DNA of 33,738 nucleotides. Origin: an uncultured bacterium (lineage in GTDB: Bacteria; Actinomycetota; UBA4738; HRBIN12). Under the pieces are notes generated by a model. It saw nothing but the letters and a program-made list of their open reading frames with translations. It did no database searches and was not told the DNA's origin. Location of the stretch: positions 1 to 33,738 of the forward strand of contig CBHFMJ010000001.1 of the NCBI GenBank assembly GCA_965994715.1, read 5' to 3'. A program made the position numbers and the translations under genes. Positions 18,913 through 28,159 of the stretch are shown here, one piece after another (position 1 is the stretch's first letter; every line of letters begins with the position of its first letter).

Positions 18913-20589
18913 ATGCTTGCTAGGATGCGGCCCGTCGTGTCGAGACCGTCTCCGCGTTCTCTTGCCCTGGCCCTGATCGTCCTCGCCACGGCATGCGGAA
19001 GCATCCCGCCGTCGGAGGTGCAGGCCCCAGAGGGACGGCAGTTCATCCCGATGGTCCCCGATTCCATCGACGACGTCGGGTTGGCGCCGTCGGTGGCTCT
19101 CGACTCGGAAGGACTCCCCACCATCTCCTACTTCGGCTTCCCGGCGCTGCTGGAAGAAGGGGAGATCCCGATCGCGCGCCCCGTGGGCTCGCCGTTCCTC
19201 ACGACCGAGGACGGTGACGACGCCGGTGCGGTGTTGCTGACGAGCCTCAACCTCGACCAGATCTGGACCCGAGGCGCGATCGCCCAGCCGAGGGATACAC
19301 CGACCGGCGTCCCCGTGCCGTTCGAGCCCGCCGCGGAGCCCTCGCTGGCCAGCCTGACGAAGGCGCGAGCCGCGGGCACCGACGTGGCGATCGCGGGCAG
19401 CGACGTCCACGCCGTCTGGACCACGGATCAAGGCGTCTGGTACGGGAGTGGCCCCGCGCCGTTCGAGATCGGCGCCGTGGAGGAGACCCCTGAGGCGGGC
19501 GCGCCCTCCGTCGTGGTCGACGGCGCCGGCGCACCGATCGTCGCCTACACGACCGCTGGGGCCCAGCCGGAAGTGCGGGTGGCCGAGCGGGTCGGCGAGA
19601 ACTGGAGGGTCACCACGGTGGCCACCCTCTCCCGGTGCGGCGAGGGATGCCCGCCGGCAACGCAGCTCGCCCTCCTCGGCGGCGAACCGCTCCTGGTGAC
19701 CGCCGACCCGCTCTCCGGCGAGGTGGTCGCGGCGTGGCGGCAGGGAGGAGCCTGGACGACCGAGGTGGCGGCCACCGACGCGACGGGCGGCGCGTCGGTC
19801 TCCACGGCGGGGGATACGGCCGCGATCGCCTACTACACGGAGACGGGGGTGGCGCTCGCGACCGGCCGTCCCGGGTCGTGGTCGGCCGGGGAGGTCGCCG
19901 CGCTCGCGACGGGCGAAGGGGAACGGTCCGCCGACGTGCCGACGGCTCCCAGCACGGGGGTCGCGATCGACCAGCAAGGGGCGGTCTGGGTCGCGTGGCA
20001 GGACGGCGAGGGCATCCATCTGGCATCGCAGGCTGACGGCGCGGTCGAGGAGGTCGAGCTCCCCGACACGAGCAGCGGGGTGAACCCGAGCCTGGCCATC
20101 ACCGAGGACGGCTCATCGGTTTACGTTGCCTGGTACGACGCGGACGAGGGCGACCTCCGGCTCGGCGCGTACGGGGAGATCCCGGACCTGCTGATCGCCG
20201 CCCCGACACCGCTACCCAGCCCGGCCCCTGCGGAACCGGCAGGGGATTGCGGCGACGATGGCGAACCCGTGCTGGAGGTGACAGCCCCGACGACCGCTTT
20301 CGAGCCGACATGCCTCGTCGCGCCGGCAGACGAGGGATTCACGATCACCTTCAATAACGAAGACCAGGGCGTTGCCCATAACTTCGCCATCCGTCCAGAC
20401 GCAGATGGGGAGGACATCGCTGCCACGGACCTGAAACCTGGCACGTACACGGACGAGCTGCCGGTCGATCCCCAGGAGGAAGGCGATCTCTACTTCCTCT
20501 GTGAGGCCCATCCTGATGTCATGTTCGGCACCCTGGCGATCGTGGCGGGCAGCGGCGGCGGGGGCGGCGGGAACGGCGGCGGAGGCTAG
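18913..20589 (+). CDS. Putative secreted lipoprotein: beta-propeller-like repeats, a Pro-rich linker, a C-terminal type-1 copper (cupredoxin) domain and a Gly tail
   Basis: The signal peptide and lipobox are RSLALALIVLATAC. Six to seven repeats follow the pattern S(V/L)A(I/L)D..G.P.(I/V)A(Y/W). The cupredoxin ligand pattern is VAHNF ... YFLCEAHPDVMFG (H, C-x2-H-x3-M). The protein ends GSGGGGGGNGGGG. The start is uncertain: ATG 18913, ATG 18925 or GTG 18937, all in frame. Confidence 0.7.
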   Translation: MLARMRPVVSRPSPRSLALALIVLATACGSIPPSEVQAPEGRQFIPMVPDSIDDVGLAPSVALDSEGLPTISYFGFPALLEEGEIPIARPVGSPFLTTEDGDDAGAVLLTSLNLDQIWTRGAIAQPRDTPTGVPVPFEPAAEPSLASLTKARAAGTDVAIAGSDVHAVWTTDQGVWYGSGPAPFEIGAVEETPEAGAPSVVVDGAGAPIVAYTTAGAQPEVRVAERVGENWRVTTVATLSRCGEGCPPATQLALLGGEPLLVTADPLSGEVVAAWRQGGAWTTEVAATDATGGASVSTAGDTAAIAYYTETGVALATGRPGSWSAGEVAALATGEGERSADVPTAPSTGVAIDQQGAVWVAWQDGEGIHLASQADGAVEEVELPDTSSGVNPSLAITEDGSSVYVAWYDADEGDLRLGAYGEIPDLLIAAPTPLPSPAPAEPAGDCGDDGEPVLEVTAPTTAFEPTCLVAPADEGFTITFNNEDQGVAHNFAIRPDADGEDIAATDLKPGTYTDELPVDPQEEGDLYFLCEAHPDVMFGTLAIVAGSGGGGGGNGGGG

Positions 20590-20608
20590 TCACGCCACGT
20601 TCCCAGCC

Positions 20609-20631
20609 GGGTCACCCGACGGCGCTACGAT
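20609..20631 (+). promoter_or_regulatory. Weaker RecA-NDp-like motif and -10 upstream of uvrC (leaderless layout)
   Basis: gGGTCAccc (20609-20617, one core mismatch), 8 nt, then TACGAT (20626-20631), then 6 nt and GTG 20638. Confidence 0.35.
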
Positions 20632-20637
20632 GAGTGG

Positions 20638-22515
20638 GTGAGCTTCACCAAGCCGGCATCGTCCACCATCCCGGACGCTCCCGGCGCCTACCTCTTCCGG
20701 GACGAGGACGGCAGGGTCGTCTACGTCGGGAAGGCCAGCTCGCTCCGGAAGCGGCTGGCGAACTATTGGTCCCGACCGCTCCATCCCCGCACCGAAGCCA
20801 TGGTGGACGCGGCGGCGAGCGTCGAGTGGATCGTCGCCTCCGGCGAGGTCGACGCGCTGATGCTGGAGTTCAACCTGATCCAGCAGTACCTGCCCCGCTT
20901 CAACATCCGCTACCGCGACGACAAGTCGTATCCCTACCTCGCGCTCACGGTGGGGGAGACGTGGCCGCGCGCCCAGGTCCTCCGCGGGACCAAACGGAAG
21001 AAGGTCCGGTACTTCGGGCCGTACGGGCACGCCTGGGCGATCCGGGACACGCTGGACGCCCTGACGCGCGTGTTCCCCATCCGCACCTGCACGAACCATT
21101 TCTTCGACCAGCGCGCCCGCGCCGGGCGACCCTGCCTCTACTACGACATCGGCCGGTGCTCCGGCCCCTGCGTCCCGGCCACCACGGGGATCACGGAGGA
21201 GGCGTACCGACGCGACGTGGACGCGCTCGGCGACTTCCTCGCGGGGAACTCGAAGCCGGTGCTCAGGCGCCTCGAAGAGGAGATGGCCGAGGCGTCGGGG
21301 CGCGAGGAGTACGAGCAAGCGGCGCGGTTCCGCGACCAGCTGCAAGCGGCGCGCCGGGCGCTGGAGAGCCAGGAGATGGTCCTCGTCCAGCCCGAGAGCC
21401 TGGACGTCGTCGGCCTCGCCGAGGACGACCTCGAGGCCGCCTTCCAGGTGTTCACGGTTCGCGGCGGACGGGTCCTCGGCCGGAAGGGATGGATCGTCGA
21501 TCGCGTGGAGGACCTCGATCGGCCCGAGCTCGTCGCGTCGTTCCTGCGGCAGCTCTATATGGAGCGGGAAGACGTGCCGCCGCGGATCCTGGTGCCGACG
21601 GAGCCGGCGGACCGGGAAGTGCTGGAGACCTGGCTCTCGGCCCGTCGTGGTTCCCACGTCACGATCGCCGTGCCGGCGCGCGGCGCCAAGCGGCGCCTGA
21701 TGGAGGTCGTGGGGAGCAACGCGAGCGAGGCGTTCCATCGGCACAAGCTCCGGCGCGCCTCGGACTTCGGGGCGCGATCCCGGGCGTTGTCCGAGCTCGC
21801 CGATCAGCTCGGCCTCGAGCAGGCACCCCTCCGCATCGAGTGTTACGACATCTCCAACCTCGGGCCCAGTGACACGGTGGGATCCATGGTGGTCTTCGAG
21901 GACGGGCTCCCGAAGCGAGCCGACTACCGCCGTTTCGAGATCAAGGGTGTTCCCGGGCAGGACGATCTCGCGAGCATGGAGGAGATGCTCACGCGGCGGT
22001 TCTCGCGGCTGCTGAAAGAGAAGACGGAGCCGCCGGGGGGCCGGAGACGCTTCTCGTACCCACCGGCGCTCGTGGTGGTGGACGGCGGTCGCGGTCAGCT
22101 GAGCGTCGCGACGAGGGTCCTCGAGGACCTCGGCCTGCACATCCCGCACATCGGGCTCGCGAAGCGACTGGAGGAGATCTACTTCCCCGACCGCCCGGAT
22201 CCGCTGTCGATCGCGCGCGGATCGGAGGCGCTCTTCGTGCTCCAGCACATCCGTGACGAGGCCCACCGCTTCGCGATCACGTACCACCGCCAACGGCGCG
22301 ACCGTCGGGCCCTCTCCTCGCCGCTCGACGAGATCCCCGGCGTGGGGCCGTCCCGGAAGCGCGCGCTGATGAAGCGCTTCGGCTCCCTGACGAAGATCCG
22401 TCGGGCGGGAGCGGCCGAGCTCGCAACCACGCCGGGCGTGGGGCCCCGGCTCGCGGACGAGATCCATCGCCGGCTGCACGTGGTGTCGGTGACGGATCGT
22501 CGGGAGAGCGCCTGA
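20638..22515 (+). CDS. uvrC: Excinuclease ABC subunit C
   Basis: GIY-YIG N-terminus (PGAYLFRDEDGRVVYVGKASSLRKRLANY), a UVR domain (EEYEQAARFRDQLQA), an endonuclease V-like region and a C-terminal HhH (IPGVGPSRKRALMKRFGS). Confidence 0.95.
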   Translation: MSFTKPASSTIPDAPGAYLFRDEDGRVVYVGKASSLRKRLANYWSRPLHPRTEAMVDAAASVEWIVASGEVDALMLEFNLIQQYLPRFNIRYRDDKSYPYLALTVGETWPRAQVLRGTKRKKVRYFGPYGHAWAIRDTLDALTRVFPIRTCTNHFFDQRARAGRPCLYYDIGRCSGPCVPATTGITEEAYRRDVDALGDFLAGNSKPVLRRLEEEMAEASGREEYEQAARFRDQLQAARRALESQEMVLVQPESLDVVGLAEDDLEAAFQVFTVRGGRVLGRKGWIVDRVEDLDRPELVASFLRQLYMEREDVPPRILVPTEPADREVLETWLSARRGSHVTIAVPARGAKRRLMEVVGSNASEAFHRHKLRRASDFGARSRALSELADQLGLEQAPLRIECYDISNLGPSDTVGSMVVFEDGLPKRADYRRFEIKGVPGQDDLASMEEMLTRRFSRLLKEKTEPPGGRRRFSYPPALVVVDGGRGQLSVATRVLEDLGLHIPHIGLAKRLEEIYFPDRPDPLSIARGSEALFVLQHIRDEAHRFAITYHRQRRDRRALSSPLDEIPGVGPSRKRALMKRFGSLTKIRRAGAAELATTPGVGPRLADEIHRRLHVVSVTDRRESA

Positions 22516-23411
22516 TGGCACGGGCCATGAAGCGATCGGCGCGGGAGGCCGCCGCTCCTGGGTTCCTCTTGATCACCGGGCTGTCGGGAGCCGGGCGCTC
22601 CGAGGCCGCGCGGAGCCTCGAGGACCTCGGGTACTTCGTCGTCGACAACCTGCCGCCGGCGCTCCTGCCGAAGATGGCCGAGCTGGCCGCGAGCCCGGGC
22701 GGTCCCGGACGGGTGGCGATCGTCGTGGACGCGCGCGGCGGCGTCTTCTTCGGCGAGCTGTCGAAGGCGCTCGAGGAGCTGCGGGAGCAACGGGTTCCAT
22801 CCAGGATCGTCTTCCTCGACGCCTCGGACGAGGACCTCGTCAACCGGTACGAGGCGACCCGCCGGCGTCACCCGCTGGCTCCGGGTGACCGGGTGGGGGA
22901 GGGGATCCGCAAGGAGCGCCTGATGATGGAGAGCCTCCGGGCCGACGCCGACCTCGTGATCGACACCACCGGACTCACGCCGCACGACCTCCGCGACCGG
23001 ATGCGGGAGACGTTCGCCGACACACCGCCCGAGGCCGGCCTGCTCGTCTCCATCGTGTCGTTCGGCTTCAAGTACGGGAGCCCGCGCGACGCCGATCTCG
23101 TGATGGATGTGCGGTTCCTCCCCAACCCGCACTGGGTCGAGGAGCTCCGTCCCCTTCCGGGCAGCAACGAGAAGGTGCGCGAGTACGTCGAGGGGCAGGA
23201 GCAGTACGGGTCCTTCATGAAGCGGCTCGAAGGCCTCCTGGACGTCGTCGTCCCCGGCTACGTGGACGAGGGGAAGTCGTATCTGACGATCGCGATCGGC
23301 TGCACCGGGGGGCGGCACCGCTCCGTCGTGGTCGCGGACGACCTCGCCGACTGGTTCCGCGAGCACGGACATCGCGTCTCCGTGAACCACCGCGACGTCG
23401 ACCGCGACTGA
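22515..23411 (+). CDS. rapZ: RNase adapter / nucleotide-binding protein RapZ (YvcJ family)
   Basis: The ATG overlaps the uvrC stop by 1 nt. P-loop ITGLSGAGRSEA, plus YFVVDNLPP, FGFKYG, DVRFLPNPHW and IAIGCTGGRHRSV, all typical of RapZ. Confidence 0.9.
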   Translation: MARAMKRSAREAAAPGFLLITGLSGAGRSEAARSLEDLGYFVVDNLPPALLPKMAELAASPGGPGRVAIVVDARGGVFFGELSKALEELREQRVPSRIVFLDASDEDLVNRYEATRRRHPLAPGDRVGEGIRKERLMMESLRADADLVIDTTGLTPHDLRDRMRETFADTPPEAGLLVSIVSFGFKYGSPRDADLVMDVRFLPNPHWVEELRPLPGSNEKVREYVEGQEQYGSFMKRLEGLLDVVVPGYVDEGKSYLTIAIGCTGGRHRSVVVADDLADWFREHGHRVSVNHRDVDRD

Positions 23412-23417
23412 CGAGGT

Positions 23418-23867
23418 TCACTCCGCGGGGAAGGCCGCCTCGAGGGTCCCCAGGTGGTCCCCGCGATGGAGCGAGCGATCCACGAACCGTTCCCGACCCT
23501 CTGCGGCGAGCTCCTCTCGGACGTCATCAGCGACGTCCTCGACGAACGCATCGAGATCGGACGCGGCCGTCACGCACTCCTCGACGGCCACCCGAGGGGG
23601 ATCGACATCCACTGGCGCAACGAGGCGTCGTTGATCCGATCCATCAGACCGCCGTCCACCGCCATCGGCGTCAGCTCGCCACGGGCGGCGGCCAGCCTCC
23701 AGCGCTCCAGCACGAAGCGGTCCCAGAAGGCGATGTCCGCGAAGAGCCCGGCGGCGGTCCAGGGCGGGTCGATCTCGGTCCTCAGCCTCGTCGTCGGCGA
23801 GCCTCGCGCCGAGCGCCGCCAAGCGGTCGGCGGACGCCCGGTTCCGTTCGTCCACGCCGTCGCCCAT
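23418..23867 (-). pseudogene. DinB/ClbS-like four-helix-bundle ORF (150 codons open) with an internal double phase switch; possibly decayed or affected by sequence error
   Basis: The frame starting at ATG 23867 is open to TGA at 23418. Between about 23620 and 23777, however, the codon-position GC pattern and the only protein-like translation (EIDPPWTAAGLFADIAFWDRFVLERWRLAAARGELTPMAVDGGLMDRINDASL) belong to another minus frame. The flanks read MGDGVDERNRASADRLAALGARLADDEAED and ...FVDRSLHRGDHLGTLEAAFPAE, the latter resembling an HxxHHRGQ-like DinB C-terminus. Confidence 0.4.
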
Positions 23868-23913
23868 CGGCGCCACGCTACACGGACGGACAGCTCCCGA
23901 GGCCCCCTCGTAG

Positions 23914-24968
<1,055 letters not shown>

Positions 24969-24969
<1 letters not shown>

Positions 24970-26159
24970 TGGCACTCCGGACGCTCGACGACCTCGGCGA
25001 CGTCGCCGGCTCCCGGGTGTTCGTCCGCGTCGACTTCAACGTCCCTCTCGACGGCGGCCGCATGGCGGACGATCTGCGGATCCGTGCCGCGATCCCCACC
25101 CTCCGCGAACTGCGCGAGCGGGGAGCGGCCCTCGTGGTGGCGTCCCACCTCGGACGTCCGGAGGGGGAGGCGCGGGACGACCTCCGGCTCGCGCCCGTCG
25201 CCGACCGGCTCGGGGAGCTGCTCGAGGTGGAGGTGATGGCGCTCGACGAGGTCGTCGGCGACGGCCCCGAGGCCGTCTGTGCCCACATCGAGCAGGGCGA
25301 CGTGGTCCTCCTCGAGAACCTCCGCTTCGATCCGGGCGAGGAGGCGAACGACGTCCGCTTCGCAGGACGCCTCGCCGAGCTCGCCGACGCGTACGTGGAC
25401 GACGCGTTCGGCGCCGCGCATCGGGCGCACGCGAGCGTCGTCGCGCTGCCCGACCTGATGCGAGCGTCGGGCCGGCCGACGGCGGCCGGACGGCTGCTGC
25501 AGCGTGAGGTCGAGGTCCTCGGCCGACTCCTCCGCGACCCCGACCGGCCGTACGTCGCCGTCCTCGGCGGCGCCAAGGTCTCGGACAAGCTCGGCGTGCT
25601 CGGCGCCCTGGCCGAGCGCGCCGACGCGCTGCTGATCGGCGGAGCGATGGCGTTCACGCTGATCGCGGCGGAGGGGGGCGAGATCGGCGACAGCTTGGTG
25701 GAGCGCGATCGCTTCGACGAGGTCCGTGCGGTCATGCGGGGGACGGGCGACGCCCTGATCGAGCTCCCGCAAGACGTCGTCGCCGCCACCGAGGCGAGCG
25801 CCGACGTCCGCCCGCAGACCGTGCCGGCGCGCGAGATCCCGCACGGCCTCAGAGGACTCGACATCGGACCCCGGACCGTGGAGGAGTTCACCCGGATCCT
25901 CGCCGACGCCAATACGATCCTGTGGAACGGTCCGATGGGCGTCTTCGAGCTCGAGCCGTTCTCGGCGGGCACCCGGGGTGTCGCCGTGGCGATCGCGGGC
26001 GCGGCCGCGTTCTCGGTGGTCGGCGGCGGGGACTCCTTGCTCGCGGTCAAGCGGGAGGGGCTCGAGGATTCGTTCGACCACCTGTCCACCGGCGGCGGCG
26101 CCTCGCTCGAGTTCCTCGAGGGGGCACCGCTCCCCGGCATCGCGGTCCTGGAGGATTGA
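24969..26159 (+). CDS. pgk: Phosphoglycerate kinase
   Basis: The GTG overlaps the gap stop (TAGTG). VFVRVDFNVPL, ASHLGRP, GGAKVSDK and STGGGASLEFLEG are present. The in-frame ORF extension back to 24840 lies inside gap. Confidence 0.95.
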
Positions 26160-26160
26160 C

Positions 26161-26931
26161 GTGGCCGAGCGGACGCCGATGATCGCCGCGAACTGGAAGA
26201 TGCACAAGACGCACCTCGAGGCGATCCAGGCCGTGCAGAAGCTCTCGTACCTGCTCGACCGGAAGGACGCCGAGCGCGTGGAGGTGGTGATCTGCCCCGC
26301 GTTCACCGCCCTCCGTTCCGTCCAAACTCTGATCGACTCCGATCGCTTGCCCTACGGGTTGGGCGCGCAGGACATCCATCCCGAGGACGAGGGCGCGTTC
26401 ACCGGGGCGGTGGCGGGGCCGATGCTCGCGGCGCTCGATGTCGGCTACGTCATCGTCGGGCATTCCGAGCGCCGCCAACTCTTCGGCGAGGACGACGCGA
26501 CGGTCAACCGGAAGGTGAAGGCCGTGATCCGCAACGGGATGGCGCCGATCGTCTGCGTGGGGGAGTCGCTCGAGGAGCGAGAGTCGGGCGGCACCGAGAC
26601 GAAGGTGACCGAGCAGGTCCAGCGGGCCTTCGTCGGGATCGACGCGGCGGCCGCCGCCGGGTCCGTAGTCGCCTACGAGCCGATCTGGGCGATCGGGACG
26701 GGACGGAACGCGGAACCCACCGACGCGGGACAGGTCGTGGAGGTGATCCGGGCCACCCTCGCGGACCGCGTGTCCACGGAGCTCGCCGATGCGGCTCGTG
26801 TCCTGTACGGAGGCAGCGTCAAGCCGGGCAACATCCGGGAGTTCATGGCCCACCCCGAGATCGACGGGGCGTTGGTCGGGGGCGCGAGCCTCGACCCGGA
26901 AAGCCTGGCCCTGATCGCCCGGTACCGGTGA
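26161..26931 (+). CDS. tpiA: Triosephosphate isomerase
   Basis: IAANWKMHK, VGHSERR and AYEPIWAIGTG are present. The start is GTG 26161, 1 nt after the pgk stop, or ATG 26179. Confidence 0.95.
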   Translation: MAERTPMIAANWKMHKTHLEAIQAVQKLSYLLDRKDAERVEVVICPAFTALRSVQTLIDSDRLPYGLGAQDIHPEDEGAFTGAVAGPMLAALDVGYVIVGHSERRQLFGEDDATVNRKVKAVIRNGMAPIVCVGESLEERESGGTETKVTEQVQRAFVGIDAAAAAGSVVAYEPIWAIGTGRNAEPTDAGQVVEVIRATLADRVSTELADAARVLYGGSVKPGNIREFMAHPEIDGALVGGASLDPESLALIARYR

Positions 26932-26945
26932 AGCGCTTTCGCTTC
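26930..26945 (+). terminator. Weak hairpin at the tpiA stop; possible end of the gap-pgk-tpiA unit
   Basis: GAAGCG-cttt-CGCTTC forms a 6-bp stem with a 4-nt loop that starts inside the TGA. It is followed by cttgcc, so there is no real U-tract. Confidence 0.25.
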
Positions 26946-26993
26946 CTTGCCCATCAAAGCCGCCGCGGGGGTGCCCCTCAGAGGGTTGCTGGA

Positions 26994-27022
26994 TTGCGGG
27001 TCCCTTGCAACCTCTCTAGTAT
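26994..27022 (+). promoter_or_regulatory. Candidate promoter for the peptide ABC transporter operon
   Basis: TTGCGG (26994-26999), a 17-nt spacer, then TAGTAT (27017-27022), 12 nt before ATG 27035. Confidence 0.25.
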
Positions 27023-27034
27023 CGGTTCCCGGGC

Positions 27035-28081
27035 ATGAGTCGATCCGACACGGACACCGACGTATCCCAGGCGGAACAGCGCGAAGCTGCCGAGCGCACC
27101 GACCTGGAGGCCGCCGCGCCGTCGGCCGAGACCCCGGCCTCGATCATCGGCCGGAGTCCCTGGGAGATCTTCTGGAGTCACTTCCGCCAGGACAAGTTCG
27201 CCCTGATGGGGCTCGTGATCATCGGGCTGATGATCCTGATGGCGGTCTTCGCACCGCTGGTGGCCAGCTGGTCCGGGCACGAACCGAACCAGGTCAATCT
27301 GGAGGCGCTCGACGAGTTCGGCCTCCCGTCGGCGCCCACCTGGTGGCCCGGCCCGGAGGCGAAGGCCCCTCCCAAGTACTTCCTGGGGGTCGACGACACC
27401 GGACGTGACCTCTTCGTGCGGATCGCGTACGGCGCACGCACGTCTCTCACGGTCGCGTTCTTCGCGACGGGCATCGCGGTCGTGATCGGTGTCCTGCTTG
27501 GTCTGACGTCGGGCTTCTACCGGGGCAAGATCGACACGGTCATCTCGCGCGCCACCGACGTCGTGCTCGCGTTGCCGATCCTGCTCCTGGCGCTCGGGAT
27601 CGCCTCCGCGTGCGGCGCGAACCAGGAGGGCTGCTTCTGGGGCTTCATCAAACCGGGGTTGCGACCGGTGATCTTGATCATCGGGCTGTTCGGATGGCCG
27701 TACATCGCTCGCATCGTCCGCGGCCAGGTGCTGTCGATCCGTGAGAAGGAGTTCGTGGAGGCCTCCCGCTCGCTGGGAGCCTCCAACCGGCGCATCATCC
27801 TCCGCGAGATCCTCCCGAACGTGACCGCGCCGATCATCGTCTACACCACGCTGATCATCCCGAGCAACATCCTGTTCGAGGCCGGACTCTCGTTCCTCGG
27901 CGTGGGGGTCCCGGACGGGACACCGTCCTGGGGAGCCATGCTCGCCGACGCGGGCACGGCCTTCCGATTTGCTCCCTGGCTGATGATCTTCCCGGGCCTC
28001 GCCCTGTTCCTCACGACGCTGGCCTTCAACCTCGTGGGGGACGGCCTCCGAGACGCACTCGATCCTCGGAAGGCCGTCTGA
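27035..28081 (+). CDS. Peptide/nickel ABC transporter permease (DppC/OppC type)
   Basis: A hydrophilic N-terminus is followed by six hydrophobic segments. The N-terminal OppC-like segment is SPWEIFWSHFRQDKFALMGLVII, and the EAA-type loop is FVEASRSLGASNRRIILREILPN. Confidence 0.9.
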   Translation: MSRSDTDTDVSQAEQREAAERTDLEAAAPSAETPASIIGRSPWEIFWSHFRQDKFALMGLVIIGLMILMAVFAPLVASWSGHEPNQVNLEALDEFGLPSAPTWWPGPEAKAPPKYFLGVDDTGRDLFVRIAYGARTSLTVAFFATGIAVVIGVLLGLTSGFYRGKIDTVISRATDVVLALPILLLALGIASACGANQEGCFWGFIKPGLRPVILIIGLFGWPYIARIVRGQVLSIREKEFVEASRSLGASNRRIILREILPNVTAPIIVYTTLIIPSNILFEAGLSFLGVGVPDGTPSWGAMLADAGTAFRFAPWLMIFPGLALFLTTLAFNLVGDGLRDALDPRKAV

Positions 28082-28159
28082 GCGTATCGACAGGGGGAAC
28101 CCGGTTCGAAAGGAGGACGACCTCGAGCACGGAGCACCATTGATCGTTGTATCTGCACC

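Noticed and set aside
20548-20586. GGC/GGG-rich run, considered as a tandem repeat or G-quadruplex
   Set aside because: It is in frame and simply encodes the GSGGGGGGNGGGG tail. There are not four runs of at least 3 G with suitable loops.
28108-28159. Small ORF downstream of the strong GAAAGGAGG
   Set aside because: There is no ATG, GTG or TTG within 5-12 nt of the SD. The only in-frame candidate is an ATT 22 nt away.
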